From Haplodiscus bocki (Eukaryota): DNA of 64,000 bases. The notes below the pieces were generated by a model. The model was given only the letters and a program-made list of their open reading frames with translations. It had not been told where the DNA came from and did no database searches. A program made the translations under genes and the position numbers. Of this stretch, positions 25,851-39,210 are shown in pieces (the first letter of the stretch is position 1; every line of letters starts with the position of its first letter). Location of the stretch: contig OZ296651.1 in the NCBI GenBank assembly GCA_965655095.1, positions 10,912,001 to 10,976,000 on the forward strand. The letters run 5' to 3'.

Positions 25851-28800
25851 TATTTGGCTCAAGCACCCCGGACTAAACGAAGGACCTAACCAAACCTTTA
25901 CTAAATGAAAACAAAATTTCCCAATAAAAGGACTCTCGGGTTTCCCTACTTGTTCTTCTTTGGTCTTCGTCTTTTAGAAGACGGCTTCTTTTTTTGATGA
26001 CTTTTTTTCAGATGCCAAATATATTTTCTGATGATGCTCACTGCTTTTGTTTAAAGAGCTGGGGTCCGACGAAGAGCTTTGTGCCTCTTTAAAAGTTTTC
26101 TGTCTGGTCACTTCCTTTGTCACAAAAACTCGCTTGACGTGATGAACAAGTTTTCTCGAATTTTTCAGAAGGTTGTTGATATTTGTGGAACGTCTGCGTG
26201 GACAGTAGACCAGACGTCCACGCTTTTTCAAAAGTGATTTTTCTCCCGTCACTTCACTTCCATTCAATGGGTCATGGTACTATGATATGTGGTGCGTGAT
26301 GGAGTTGTTCACTGCGTGGTGCCACATTATGAATTTTTCATGGTATGAAAGGTTGATTTTTCCAAGCAGAAATAAAAACGGTTTTCTGGGTTTTGCATGT
26401 CAAGAGTTCAGGCGAAGCTCAGGGACTGCAATCGCTTCTCGTTTGTGTTTTTTTAAGCTTGTCCTTTTCTCCAATGAACGATGGAGAGAGCTTGCTGCAA
26501 TGACTAACATGAAAGGGACCAACATGGCTGTCCCTCAAAATAAAACTTAATCTGAAACAAATAAATTTTGTGTGTGTGTATGGGGGACTATGTTTGTTCA
26601 TGTGGGTAGTTGGGGGTACTGTGTGTGTGCGTGTATTGGGGGAGGTGTTCATCGAGCCATCGGGGAGGGGAGAAGGAGAGATGTTGAAGAAATGTGGAGG
26701 GTTGAGGAAATGAGGAGAGGGTTTATTTTTCAAAATTTAAATTGCTAAAGGGACAAAAGGAATAAATTCCAAGTCAAGAGTAATGAATAGTCAATCGTTT
26801 GCACTTGCTAAAAACTTGTTAAGTAACCGTAAGCGGGAAAGCAATGTCTATCGGCCTTATGTTAGTTATTACGTAATCGGATAATGCTATTATTGACATT
26901 AAATTTTTGTTTGAATTGAAATGATTTTGAGTTTTGGGTGTATATTTCAACAATTTTCTGACTGCTATTTCACCAATTCATTCTTGAAAAGGGACGCGTT
27001 TTGGGTTTCATTTGAATTATCGTCGCTTTGAAAACTTTGAAATCTTTAAGCGCCCTGAATAATTCAAAATTTCGGCGCGATGAATATTCTACAGCTTTTC
27101 GGCGCGATATATAGCCAGTTTTTACTTCGAAGCGTTGAAAAGTTCTGCTTATTTTCTACGCGATGAATACTCATTATCGTGTGCAAGGTTGCTAAAGTGA
27201 AAGGTCACTCGTACCAATGGTTCACACCGGGTTGAGATAGCGAAGGCTGGGCTTCCAATCAGAAGGGTTTATATTAGTAACTAGTAAGTTTGTTTGAGTT
27301 AAGACGGTTTGCTGGGAAATCAGCTGTAGCTGTAGTGTATTGTTCACGCGAGGTCGTGATTCGGAAGAATAGGTTGGAATCTTTTCAGCTCTGATTCTCT
27401 GCTCTAGGGAATTAGATTGTGCGGCAGTAGCTATAGTGGAAAAGGTGAAGTGGGTTGCTCGTATCAGTGGTTGTCTTTGAATTGTGATGACAATGGCGGG
27501 AATTCCTTTGAGAGGGGAGTGTTATTCCCACAACTAGGTTTGTTCATAAGTCTAGACGTATTGTTGTGAAAACATCTGTAGTGTTGCTAAATCAGCTTAT
27601 TGAATAGTGTCTTTTCAGTTGCTATATGAGGCCAGCCGGTATGGTTCTTCATTGATTTGTGGTCAATTTGTGAGAAATAATACTGGCATTTCACTATGCT
27701 TAGCTCTACACCCTTTCTTTAAATGCATTACAGAGACTGAAGAGGAAAGGACCTGTTCTAACAACTATCCCTGGTCTCAATTGCCACGAGGAGGCTCCAA
27801 CACGATCGAAGTCGGCTAATTTCTATTGGAAGAAATTCAAATGCGAAGATCTGGTGATTTGGCACGACGCAAAAAATATCTCTTTATCGTCGCATAAGAA
27901 CATTTACAAAAATCCTTAGTCGGGACATGAATTAGCAAACCAATTGAAGCCTTTTTCGAGAAGGATACGTTCAATAAATGACTGTCAATGAGACGGAACA
28001 CCCAATATTTACCAGGATCTAAAAACAGCGAACTTGCCTGTAGTCAGCATCACCAGGAATTTCATTTCAAAACGACAATAGAAAAAAAACTAGGAAATGA
28101 AAAAGTATCGACCACTTCATCAATCTACTACCACTGAAATGAAAACCTTCTTTATCGTGCTAAGGCATAAAAGAGTTGCGGAGCGGATTTTTGTGTAAAA
28201 AGATATCCTAATCATCTGAACCAGAGAAGTAGGAAAAACTATAAAACTCTTGCGCAGAGTCACAATAGCGTCAACTGAGTAAGTCTAGCATTATTGTTAA
28301 AGGCTTGGAACTGAGTTGCTGTTTATCTTAGAGACGTGGTGTTGAGTACTAGGTTACAAGAGAGAAAGTTTCGTGGATTTTGAGCCTTTTCCTTATATAT
28401 GTCAATTGGAACTAAGGTACAATCTCCAGCGGACTCTATCTGATATTGCCTAACATGCAATAACGGAATTCCAGCAAACGAGGAATTAATTCACTGTTTC
28501 ACTTGCGAATGTAGGATGCATCTCAACGAGAAGTGCACACAACTTAGTGAAACTGCAATCCTGGAGATGAAAGCGTCCGGCCAAAAAACACTCCTCATTT
28601 GCAACAACTGTGTTGCTCCTAAAAAACGTGACAAGCTAACTGAAGCCGCATCCAATTTTCAACAGCAGTTGCCAATTGATGATAAAAAAATCAAGTTGCT
28701 ACACACTGAAAAGAACGATATTAAGAAAGCGATAACTGACTTGAAAGCTTATTTCGAGCAAAAGTCAAGTGAGTCCCCTAAACCATCACCGCGAATCATC

Positions 28801-31800
28801 AAAACAACAAATACCGCAAAGAAATTTGATGCGATAAGAATACGAGGCCTTCATAGAAGTGACGCTGAAAGTGCTAGAGAAAGAAACGAGAACAAAATGA
28901 GTGAAGTACTAGCTAAGCTAAACTCTCTAGAAATTGACTGCAAAATCACGGATTTCCAAACAACAGGACAACAACAAGTAGACCGTAATAGAGCACTAAT
29001 GTTTAAAGTCGCAAATAAATGGCATCGAAATCTTATCTTGCTCTCAGTCGCAAAACTGAAAAATTACAGTTAAGAGCTCTTTGTAAACAGAAAACTTAAT
29101 GCTACGGAAAAGAAACTCGAGATGGAAATTCTCAAAAAGAGGAGGGAAATGATAGAAAAAGGGACCAGTCAGGCGGGTATTAGAATACGTGACCTAAAGT
29201 TATGTGAAAAAATAGGAGAAACATGGCAAGAGGTAGAAATAAACAGAAATGAAATTTCAGGAAATTGACTAACCACTCAACCAGTAGAAAACAATGTATC
29301 CACTCTTATCTACAATGTTCGGAGCTTGATTGATCTAAGTAAGTGATTGTGGTTCTCCAATGCACTTTCAATAAGTGATCACTAGGTGTTTCTCTGCTTA
29401 ACGGAAACTTGGCCAGTAAGTGCAATTCCGATCACCGCATTATTTCTAAATAGCTACTCTATACATAGAAACGACAGACTCTCAATTGACGCTAAAAGCA
29501 AGCATAGAGGCGTATTAGTAGGTGTAAAATCGCATCATCGACACACTAGAACTCGCGTTGATCCAAAGTGCTTAGAATTAGTGAAAGTGAAAATCTCTTT
29601 ACATGAAGTTCATTATCTTATTTGTTGTGCCTACAGTGTACTAAAACCAAGTCAGTACTGATTTCAACCGCAACTAAAGATTGATTTAACAGACCGGCTG
29701 ATATCGAAAAAACTCGGATGTGAAACTATATTTATCGTAAGTGATATAAACTTCGAAAACACAAACTGGAAGCCAATGGGACCAACTGAATACAGCGAAG
29801 CTCAAGTTGTAGAAAAACTTTTCGAAAACTGTTTCCAACGAGTAATAACTACAAAGAGGATGCTAGTGAACGTTATTCTCAAAAATAACGCTGACCCTGT
29901 TTTGAACGTTTCTGTTGATATTAGAGCCAAGACCCTTTATAAGTCCGATCACCTGCCATATCGAGCGCAGTTTTCAGGACAAAGCTGGTACCGAGCAGAA
30001 TTTAAACGGAAGGAAGCCAGGAAAAACGATTTAACAGTCTTTTGTTACACACGAGTTGATTGGGTCTCTTTATCTAAACACGTCAAAGAAAATCTCTTTG
30101 TCACATGTTGCCCCAGCAAAATGGATATGATGGTTTCGCTGCGGTATGCATGGCTATAGAAATGTTTTTAATCTCACATCCCAACGCAGACAAGAGAAAG
30201 AAGGACCCTTGCTCCCTGGGTATCAAATGAAACTTCCAATCTCATTAAAAGGAAACAAACGCTTCAGAAGGCACTTCGAAAGCAAACCAATGAAAACCGT
30301 CAGAGGAAAATAGAAGCTATGATTGGAAAAATACTTCTAGCTCTGGAGACTGATCAACTTAACTTCGAGAATACCGTTTCTGCCGCTTGAAAGTTCGCAG
30401 ATGCTCAGAAACCTTTGAAAAGTACCAAGAAGACTACACAATTCCCTGCTGAAATGTTCTTGGAAAATGAAATTCGCACAACAGTTTTTAAAAGAATTGA
30501 TTTATTTGATATTTTTGCGCAATCTGTCTTCACTTCAACTGAGTACCAAAGCAAACCAGAATTCAAATCACCAATGAAAAGTGAGAAAGTGCACCTCACT
30601 CAATCCGGAATCAAATCTTGAAAACTTCGATGTTGACGAAGCAAAAGGTCCGATGGGCTAGAAAATTTACCGTCCAACAACCTGTCGGACTCACTGTACA
30701 AATCATTATCACTAGTCTTCAACAAAATTGCAAATAAACATGCGCATATATAGTTGCCTGGAAAACCAGCAAAATCTCACCCTTCAAAATTGGCAGGAAA
30801 CAAAACGAAGCTAATTACCGCTTCATCTCTGTTCTCTCCTGCACTTCAAAACTTCTAGAGACTTTAAACTGGGGAAAACTCTATGAAGTAATCAAAAACA
30901 TACCTGCCCTTGAACAATACGGTTTCCCCAAAAATCGTTAGTCCATCACGCAGAAGATAATATACAAGAGTGAAGTTTCTGACAACTTCGACACGACAAC
31001 GTTAACAGCCATATACTTGGACTTCGAAAGAGCCTTGGACAAGGTCTCCCATGGAAAGTTAATGGAAAAATTGACAAACGCAGGCATCAGAGTAGGTGTA
31101 CTGGAATTAATCGAAAGGTTTCTGGAAATAGGAAAACAGAAAAGTAAAATTGGATCATCTGTCTCGAGTGAACTTGTTGTGCAAAGTGGAATCCCACAAG
31201 GATCCGTACTTGAACCTTTATTTTCTATCCTTTTTATCAATGATCTTCCGAAATGTGTCATGTCAACATGCTTTGGATAAGCAGACGACTTTATGATCAT
31301 AGCAAAAAACGGGATAACACTTCAAACTGACGCCCATAAAATACGGAAATGGTGCTACAGCAATCTCATGAGTCTTAATCTGAAACAATATCAAGTTCTG
31401 TGTTTCAAATATATTGCAAAAGTCGCTCTGCAGGGCCACGAACTTGAAAACAGTATCGCTGGAAAAGATCAAGGCATCATGACCTCAAACGATCTAACCT
31501 GGACGGCACAGACAGAAAGAAGTTGCGAAAAATCCATGCAATCAATTTTCACTATCAAGCGAATTACTGCCAATGGGACACCCTGGACAACAGGGAAGAA
31601 TCTCTATCGTAGCTACATTGTATCAATATTGTCTCATGGTGCAGTCCTTTGGAAACCGAGTAAAAGGGACCTGAAATCAATGGAAACAATTCAAGTGAAA
31701 TCAAGCAAATGGATACGGGGAACTAGTCAGCTGGAATACAAGGAGCGATTACGACGAACTAATCTACCCCTTGCTTTGTACCATAGAAAGCATGTCTTAC

Positions 31801-32047
31801 TGTTGTTTATACAGATCGTCTTGAATACGTACGACCTTAAATGGAATGGCAAACGTTTGTGCAACTGAAGAAGCAAAAGAAGAATGAAAGAGATCGGAGT
31901 TTTTCAAACCAGAAAAAAACCAGAAAATCCTTCAAGCAAAAACGAACGAGTGACTTCTGGATGCGAGCAGTTTTTTGTTGTGACAAACTTGTTAGGTAAT
32001 CAAGTAAGCTTAATTGTTGTGATAAACTTGTTAAAAAGTTTCATATT

Positions 32048-32815
32048 GTGATGCCTCCAAACAAGGTGACCCAAACAAAAACTAGTGTATCAGACGGAGT
32101 AATCATTGATGAAGATGGCAAGAATCACTTGATAGAGTGTATTGGACCTGGTCAAGACCGAAAAGGATGTGTGGCATGGGTACCAGTCTGGCTCTCTACA
32201 CGACTGGCAAAAAACTTCACTGAGCGACCCTTTCTTTGTGGTTACTGTTCCTTCACGGAAGTTGAAAAGTTGCGGAAGGAAGCTCTTGGTGATTCAAAAG
32301 TACAAGAGACTAGGTTCTCAAATTTGTTTTTATCGGATGCCAATGAACAACATGGACGAAGAGAAAATGTCAGAATATTTGGTGCGGAAGAGCAAACAGG
32401 AGAGGATGTGTATCAGCAGGTTGTGGATGTGGTGAAAAGAACAGGTGTTAAAATTTGTAAGAGTGATATTAGTGAATGCCATCGTCTCCCTGCGAGAGGA
32501 CAATCAGGTAAACCTATTATTGTGAAGTTTGTCCTGAGAGAAACAAAACTGGCATTGATGAAAAAGAAAATTGGTTTGCGACATCAGTCAGCTAGGCATA
32601 TTTTTATGAATGATGATATCACTCAGCTGAGGGCGCGTCTTCTAAAATCGCTCAAAGAAAAACCGGATGTCAAAGCTGCAAACATGATCAATGAGAAAAC
32701 AATCGTGTACCAAACCAATAATGACAAAGTTGTTTTTCATACATTGCATGATTTATACGAATGTCATCCGGGTTTGGTCATGCGTGTATGTGCTGATAAA
32801 CTAAATTTTCAGTAG
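32048..32815 (+). CDS. LINE ORF1 protein (N-terminal Cys cluster plus L1-ORF1-like RRM/CTD)
   Basis: EQHGRRENVRIFGAEE, DISECHRLP, PIIVKF and IFMNDDIT are typical of LINE ORF1 RRM-CTD modules. Confidence 0.8.
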   Translation: MMPPNKVTQTKTSVSDGVIIDEDGKNHLIECIGPGQDRKGCVAWVPVWLSTRLAKNFTERPFLCGYCSFTEVEKLRKEALGDSKVQETRFSNLFLSDANEQHGRRENVRIFGAEEQTGEDVYQQVVDVVKRTGVKICKSDISECHRLPARGQSGKPIIVKFVLRETKLALMKKKIGLRHQSARHIFMNDDITQLRARLLKSLKEKPDVKAANMINEKTIVYQTNNDKVVFHTLHDLYECHPGLVMRVCADKLNFQ

Positions 32816-35645
32816 AGGACCCTCGTAATATTAAAAAACGAGAAGTAGAAGGTAATGAATGGATTTTTCATATGAATATTCGATCATTCGAAAATCATTT
32901 TGACGACCTAATGCTGTTTATTGAAGATCAAAAATTAAACAAGCCGTCTGTTATATGTTGACAGAAACGTGGCTGTCAGATGACTGTCTATTTGAGACAC
33001 CGGAGTAACACAGATTGATTTCGCAGGCAGGATTTAATAGAAACAGTGGTGCTGAGATTTATGTACAAAAATCGCTTCGCTATCAAGTTGTTGAATTTCA
33101 CAAGAGCTTACCTGCAGTTGCAGTGAAATGTATAAATGCGTCAAAAAACTGTTTCATGGTTGCATGTGTGTATAACTCGCCATCTTGTGATAAGCTAACG
33201 CTCATACAAAAATGTCTACATGGTCTTCGGTTTTAGCAAATTCCAAGCACCCTTGTTATATTGTTGGGGATATGAACATCAATTTGCTTGAAACCAATAC
33301 CAATTCGAACAATTATATCGAATCAATGCTAATGAGTGGCTTTACCCAACATATAGCAAAGCCAACCCGTGTTACTTGGGTATCGAAACCACTTCTAGAT
33401 CATGTGTTTCACAAAAACATTTTGCAAATTACATGTGATGTAATAAATCTATGCATAACAGATCATTAGGAAACGAAAGTGATAACACCATACTTTCGAA
33501 CAAAAGACCAGAAAGTGATAACTCAAGTAAAATTGATTAGTTTTTTAACTGACGATGATTCAAGAGTGCTTTATCTGCGTATGCTTCACGAAAGATTGTT
33601 ACACACCTCATTTGCTTAAGACGTGAATGATAATTTTTCTCTGTTGACTCAAGCGATAAACGAAACCACCGTTAGTTTTAATGTTGAAAAACAATTCGTC
33701 CAAAAACAAAGCAATATACCTTGGTATAGCAAAAAGATTAAAAATCAAATTCTACTTCATGACAAAAATCTGAAGCAATACCTTGCAAACCCAACATCGG
33801 CAAACAAACTGAGGTATACTGCCTCGAGAAATTATACAAATCGCTTCATAAAAAGTGAGAAAAACAATTTCTACAACAGAAAGTTTGAGAGTGATATGAA
33901 ACATTCCAGGTGGTTTTACAGGGAATTAAATAATTCATCTGGAAGGAACGAAACCAAGGATGAAGTTCGCATCATTGAACCGGAACACAATGTAGTCGTT
34001 CGGGAAGATAATCTAAGGGACTTCTTTAATCAAAGATTTGCCTCACAGGGTGAACGTGTCTCCAGATCCATATCTGCTATGTCGGTTGAAGAATTCCAAT
34101 CGGAGCGCACTTTGAATAGCATGTATATATACCCACAATCATTAGACGATATCCATCATTCAATTGCCGACCTCAAATTTGGCAAAGCATCCAGCATCGA
34201 TGAACTTTCTGCTGAGGTTTTGAAGATATCTGCCTTGACTATAGACCCATATCTGCAAAAGTTAATAAATCAAACTTTTAGTCAAGGCGAGTTTCCAGGC
34301 TGTCTGAAAATTGCAAAAAAAATTCCACTATTTAAATCTGGAAGTGAAACCGACGTTGATAATTATAGATCACTTTATTTACTACCAGTTTTGAGTAAAG
34401 TACTTGAAAAAATCGGTACAATTGTCTAAATAATTTCCTTGACAAAAACGACATACTTTTTGGTAAGCAATTTGGATTTAGATCTCAGCATTCAACTGTA
34501 GATGCGCTAAAAGAGATCACTTAGAACATACGATCAGGCACTGATGAAGAATTTACCAGTATTATGCTAGATCTTCGAAGAGTTTTTGATACCATTAATC
34601 ATTACAGAATATTACAAAAACTGTCACAATGCGGTGTCAGTGAAATTATGAATAAATGGTTTCAATCATCTTTAAGAAACAGGAAACAGGCTGTTTTTGT
34701 AAGCGATAAATGGTCAAACTTCGAGCCGATCAATTGTGTTGTCCCACGGGGCTCGATACTAGGGCCTTTACTCTTTATTATTTACACAAATGGCTTTCCC
34801 AAATGTTGCCCAATAAAGACCACGTATCTTTTCGCTGATGACGCAAACTTCATATACTCTAAAAAAATCATTGACCTCGTGTCTCGACAAAACTAGTGAA
34901 TGTTCCATCGTAGAGGAGATTAAATAAGCTAGCTCTCAACATTCCGAAAACAAAAATGCTGCAAATCAACCATGCATCTAATGTTCAGTTTTTGGGTGTA
35001 AATTTAGCAAATGACGAAAGTGCAAAGTATCTGAGGATTCATATTGATAGTAAACTCTCGTTTCATTCCCATATCAAACACGTAGTGAAAAAACTTTCAA
35101 ATCAACTGTCCGTCAAAGCTAGACTGAGACATTACGTACCCAGGGGGACTTCATTGAAGTTTTACCAAACATATATCGAACCAATCATCACATATGGATC
35201 GTTGGTGTATGGTTGTACATCAAGACACCAATTGAACCCCAATTACATCATTCAAAAAAAAGTACTCAGAACATTTCACTTTAAGCCGCAGTTTCATTGT
35301 AGTCGAGAAATGTTCTTTCAAAAGGGGGTTTTAAATGTGTTCGAGTTGTACGCGATGGAGCTTTTTGAATTCTGTCTTAAATCAGTGCGCGGAGAAAACT
35401 GCTCCTTTTTTCTTAACAGCTTCTATAAGACACGCTTTAATGTACATGAAACAAGGGGTTTAAGTAGCGGTGCCTTTTACCGTCTTCGTACTTCGAACCT
35501 GCGAGAAGGGCAGTCTATAAAAAACCGCGGTTCAAAAGTATTAAATTACTTCATCGGAAATTATTACTCTACCGATAACATACTTCAATGGTCAGAAAAC
35601 CAACTAATGCATAAGGTAAAAGAAGCAAAAAACAGCAGCTGCTGA
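32800..35645 (+). pseudogene. LINE ORF2 (APE endonuclease plus reverse transcriptase), disrupted
   Basis: Fragments 33015-33469, 33623-34429, 34564-34896 and 34956-35645 carry APE and RT motifs in changing frames. Confidence 0.85.
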
Positions 35646-36363
35646 GACACTAGCCGAACTCATATTTCGAATTCTGAGAAACTAAACTAACAAATGCTTC
35701 TACATAGCTTTGGAGCTTTCGGGTACTCTCCCGAAAAGGTTAAGATCTTTTAGAGGGTCCTGTACATGTGCATATGCAGGATATTTCTTTCAAATGTCTT
35801 TGTCATTTAAGATGCGCATGTGGAAAATAAAGTCTTTATTTGGCGAATTTATTTGGAAACTACTTCGGCACAAATGTCAGCGAATTGCAAATCCCGAAAA
35901 CGATGATTTCCATTGTTTATTTCATGTATTTCGAAAAATTGTTTGATCCTGGAAATGTGTGTACGGGGCGGCTATCCTGCCTTTGTACAGACTGTAGAAT
36001 TAATCGAAAACTAGACTTTGACGCAATGGACTTGGGAAACTAAAATTTCCTTGGGCATTTAGCACTAAAATCAGTATGGTGCGTCTTGCAAGAAATGTTT
36101 CGAATCATTTCAGCTCTTATTCTTTCCTTTGGTGGTGTCTAGATGGTGTAGGTGGTTCTTATTACACTAACGGAACTTTTTGGGACGGAAGGTTTGATAT
36201 GGCCAGATCCGATAAGTAATATTCTAGAGTTCTTTTTGGCGTTTCGGAGTTTTTGAACGTATTTTTGATCTTAAGTCAACCAGCAACGGAGAATATATTG
36301 TTGTTGTTGTTGTTGTTGTTAATGTGAATTTCCGTAAAGGAGGGATTTCTCCCGGTAGAGTTT

Positions 36364-39210
36364 TTAAAATATCGTCCACAGATTTCTACACTTTTGACAG
36401 TCGCAACACAATTGCCAGGTGCAGACGTTTGAAGATGAGAACTTCTTCTCCACAAATTCCCACATGAGTTTAATTAATCTAGCTTTTAGGTCTTTCGCTT
36501 CGTGGAACTTTATTTTATCGTTAATTTTGTTGGCTAGTCTGCATGTTCGGAAGATAAATTCACTTCGTCTTTTCTCCGTTCGTGTCTTCTTTAGAGAAAA
36601 AATTTCTTTTCTTCTCGTGCTATTCTCGGCTTTACTAAGATTGTGCGGTAGTATTGATTTCAATTCGTTGTCTTCGTCTTGGCAGATTTTGGAAAGGAAG
36701 AGAAGATCGTTTAATTGCAAGAAAATCGGAAGTGGTAGGAGATTTAGTAGACGCAGTTTTTCAACGTAGCTTCTGGTTGAGTCGCCGCAGATCCATTTGA
36801 CAACTTTTCTTTGGAACTGTTCGAGAGTGAGTAGGTCAGTCCGAGATACTTTGACGCAATGAAAACCGTACAGCAAAATTGGTAGAACAATAGACTTGTA
36901 GAGACCAAGTTTCACGAAGGTGTTGACTGAGTATGCTATGTTTCTCCTGAGCAAGTAGAGAACTTTGTTGGATTTTTTCAGTCTCTCGTTTATGTGGCAT
37001 GTCCAGCTGAGATCGTTCTTGATGAAAACTCCGAGGTCTTTGATGACGTTAACCTTCTCTAGTTTTTGTTTGTAAAGCGATAGATTTCCGTCACTGCCTT
37101 TTAGTGTGAGCATTCCGCATTTTTCAATGGCAAGTTTCATCTGATTTAATTCAACCCATTTTTCAATTGAGGAGAGGTCCGATAGTGCGTCTAACTGGTT
37201 TTGGCCAGTGTAGAGGAGTTTCAGATCGTCTGCAAAGATGTAGGGTTGGCTGAAACGTAGAGCATCGGGAAGATCATTGATGAAGATGCAGTAGAGTAGG
37301 GGACCAAGAAGTGATCCTTGAGGGACCCCGCTTGTTACGTCAAGTAGATTAGAACAGTGGTTTCCAATTCTGACATATTGTTTCCGATTGTCTAAATAGT
37401 CGTAAAGCAGATCCAATAAACAGCCTCCGACTTCGATGGAGCAGAGTTTGTTTAACAAGTGCTGATGTGGTACTCGGTCAAAAGCCTTGGAGAAATCAGC
37501 AGAGAAAGCTACGATGTAGTCATCGGTGTTCCTGTCCAAAGCTTCATGAATGTCTTTCAGGAACCTTAACATGTTGCTGTAAACTGATCGTCCACGTACG
37601 AAACCATGTTGATGCCTTGATAGGTAGGATGCAAAGTGTTTGTATAGCGGCTCGTACATGCATTTCTCAAAAATTTTTTCATCAATATCGAGAAGTGAGA
37701 TACCTCTGTAATTCTCAACGAGTTTTCTGTCGTCTTTTTTGTAAATGGGTGAAACGGCAGCTGTTTTCCAGCTCGATGGCATTTTACGTAAACGTTTGAT
37801 GTTCTTGAACAGTACATTCAGGGTTTTGCTCATTTCACGATTTGTATATTTATAGATCACAGGAGGTTTCCCATTTGGCCCTCTCGATTTTGATATATCG
37901 AGGTCTGATATGAAATTACTGATAGTTTTTACTGATATAGAGAAGTTTGATAGAGAAGAAGTCTGATAATTGAGTTCTGATTTGCTGAAGTGCGTTTTTG
38001 GCGCGAAAACTGAATTGAAGAACTCGTTGAAAAGTTCTGCTTTCTGTTGATCAGTTTCTGCAGAACGCCCTTTTAATTCGACCACCAGTGGGATCATTGC
38101 CGATTTGTTGAGGTGTTTTAGGTGCTTGAAGATCCTGTGAGTTGACCTGGATCCCAATAATTTGTTTTGGTAGTCAATTCGATCTTGTTCGCAGAGTTCA
38201 GTGACCATGTTTTCGAGTTGGCAAACATAAGATTTTCTGTAGCTTGTCGGGCGTGTAGATAATAGTCGTTTCTGTGTTTCAAGTTTTTTCAATTCGTGCG
38301 AAGTGCTCGGTTGAATCCAGGGAGGCAGAGTTTGTCGGTGACTTGTTCTTGTGGGAACGTGTAACTCGGACAACCAGTCAAGGTAGTCAATGTACTCAGC
38401 ATACATGTTGTCAATGTTAGTGAAGCATACAGGTGTAAACGGAGTGCCTTCCATTTCTTCAATCATTGATTTATAGTCACCTGATCCGTAGCTTTTGTAT
38501 TTTTCTCGAACCGGATTGTACTCTGTGAAACGGAAGTCCACAGACGTTTTAATTGCTTAGTGGTCAGAGCAATTGAAAGTTTTATCGAATTTTTGATCGT
38601 TTTCAGAAAAGACTGTGCAATTTTGGTAGAAAAACACGTCCAGTGTGTTGGAGTTGCAAGTTGGAAAGTTGATGGATTGCTTTAGCAGTCTGCTTTCGAA
38701 CAGTTCTATTAACTCGGCTTCCTCCTCATCAAAAGTTGTCCAAGAGTCCCAGTTTGTGTTCGGGAAGTTTAAATCCCCACATACAAGTACTATGTTCCTC
38801 TTTGGCAGCTCGCGTAGAATTTCCTGGAAGTCATTCATTGTGTAACGGTAGGGACTTGATTTCGGAGGATTGTAGAACGAGCATATGTAGATTTCAACAC
38901 CTTCGATTTATATTTTGCAAAGAACGCAACTATCGACTTCCTTCGTTTTTAAGCGGTGTGAGCGGAGGGTGTTTTTGACTGCGATTAGCGCTCCCCCGTG
39001 CGTGTTGGTAGACTGGTGTTTGCGATCTTGTCTATATATGTTGAAATTACTAAGAAAGAGTTCAGATTCGTTGATTTGTTCGTTTAGCCAAGTTTCACAT
39101 ACACACACTATATTGTACGCGCCCGTTTGTATAGCGTTTGCCAGTTTGTGACGTCGTTCAAAATTGACTAAACTTCTTGCATTGATTTGAAGGATTTTGA
39201 GCGAAGATAG
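36364..39210 (-). pseudogene. LINE ORF2 (APE-RT) with two premature stops (38908-38910 and 38557-38559); the RT part 36364-38541 is open
   Basis: ILQINARSL, CVCETWL, GDLNFP, SDH, ADFSKAFDRVPH, SGVPQGSLLGP, YIFADDLKL, C-terminal CTWQLCCDCQKC. ORFs 38908..39108, 38557..38838 and 36364..38541 share one frame. Confidence 0.9.

Larger units (their letters stand above)
31981..35830 (+). mobile_element. L2/CR1-group LINE of a different family inserted into the 3' end of the host LINE
   Basis: Intact ORF1 and a disrupted ORF2 (HMNIRS, TETWL, GDMNINLL, TDH, VPRGSILGPLLF, LFADD). Ends in aaaataaa at ~35830. Degenerate 12-bp TSD agttttttgttg (31969-31980) / agtctttatttg (35831-35842). Confidence 0.85.
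28399..36050 (+). mobile_element. Decayed CR1-clade LINE (host) split by a second LINE; pieces at 28399-31968 and 35843-~36050
   Basis: ORF1 with PHD-like Cys/His cluster (28399-29268); APE YNVRSL, CLTETW, SDH; RT DFERALDKVSH, SGIPQGSVL, *ADD. The C-terminus ANLFGNYF...NVCTGRLSCLCTDCR resumes at 35843. Confidence 0.85.
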
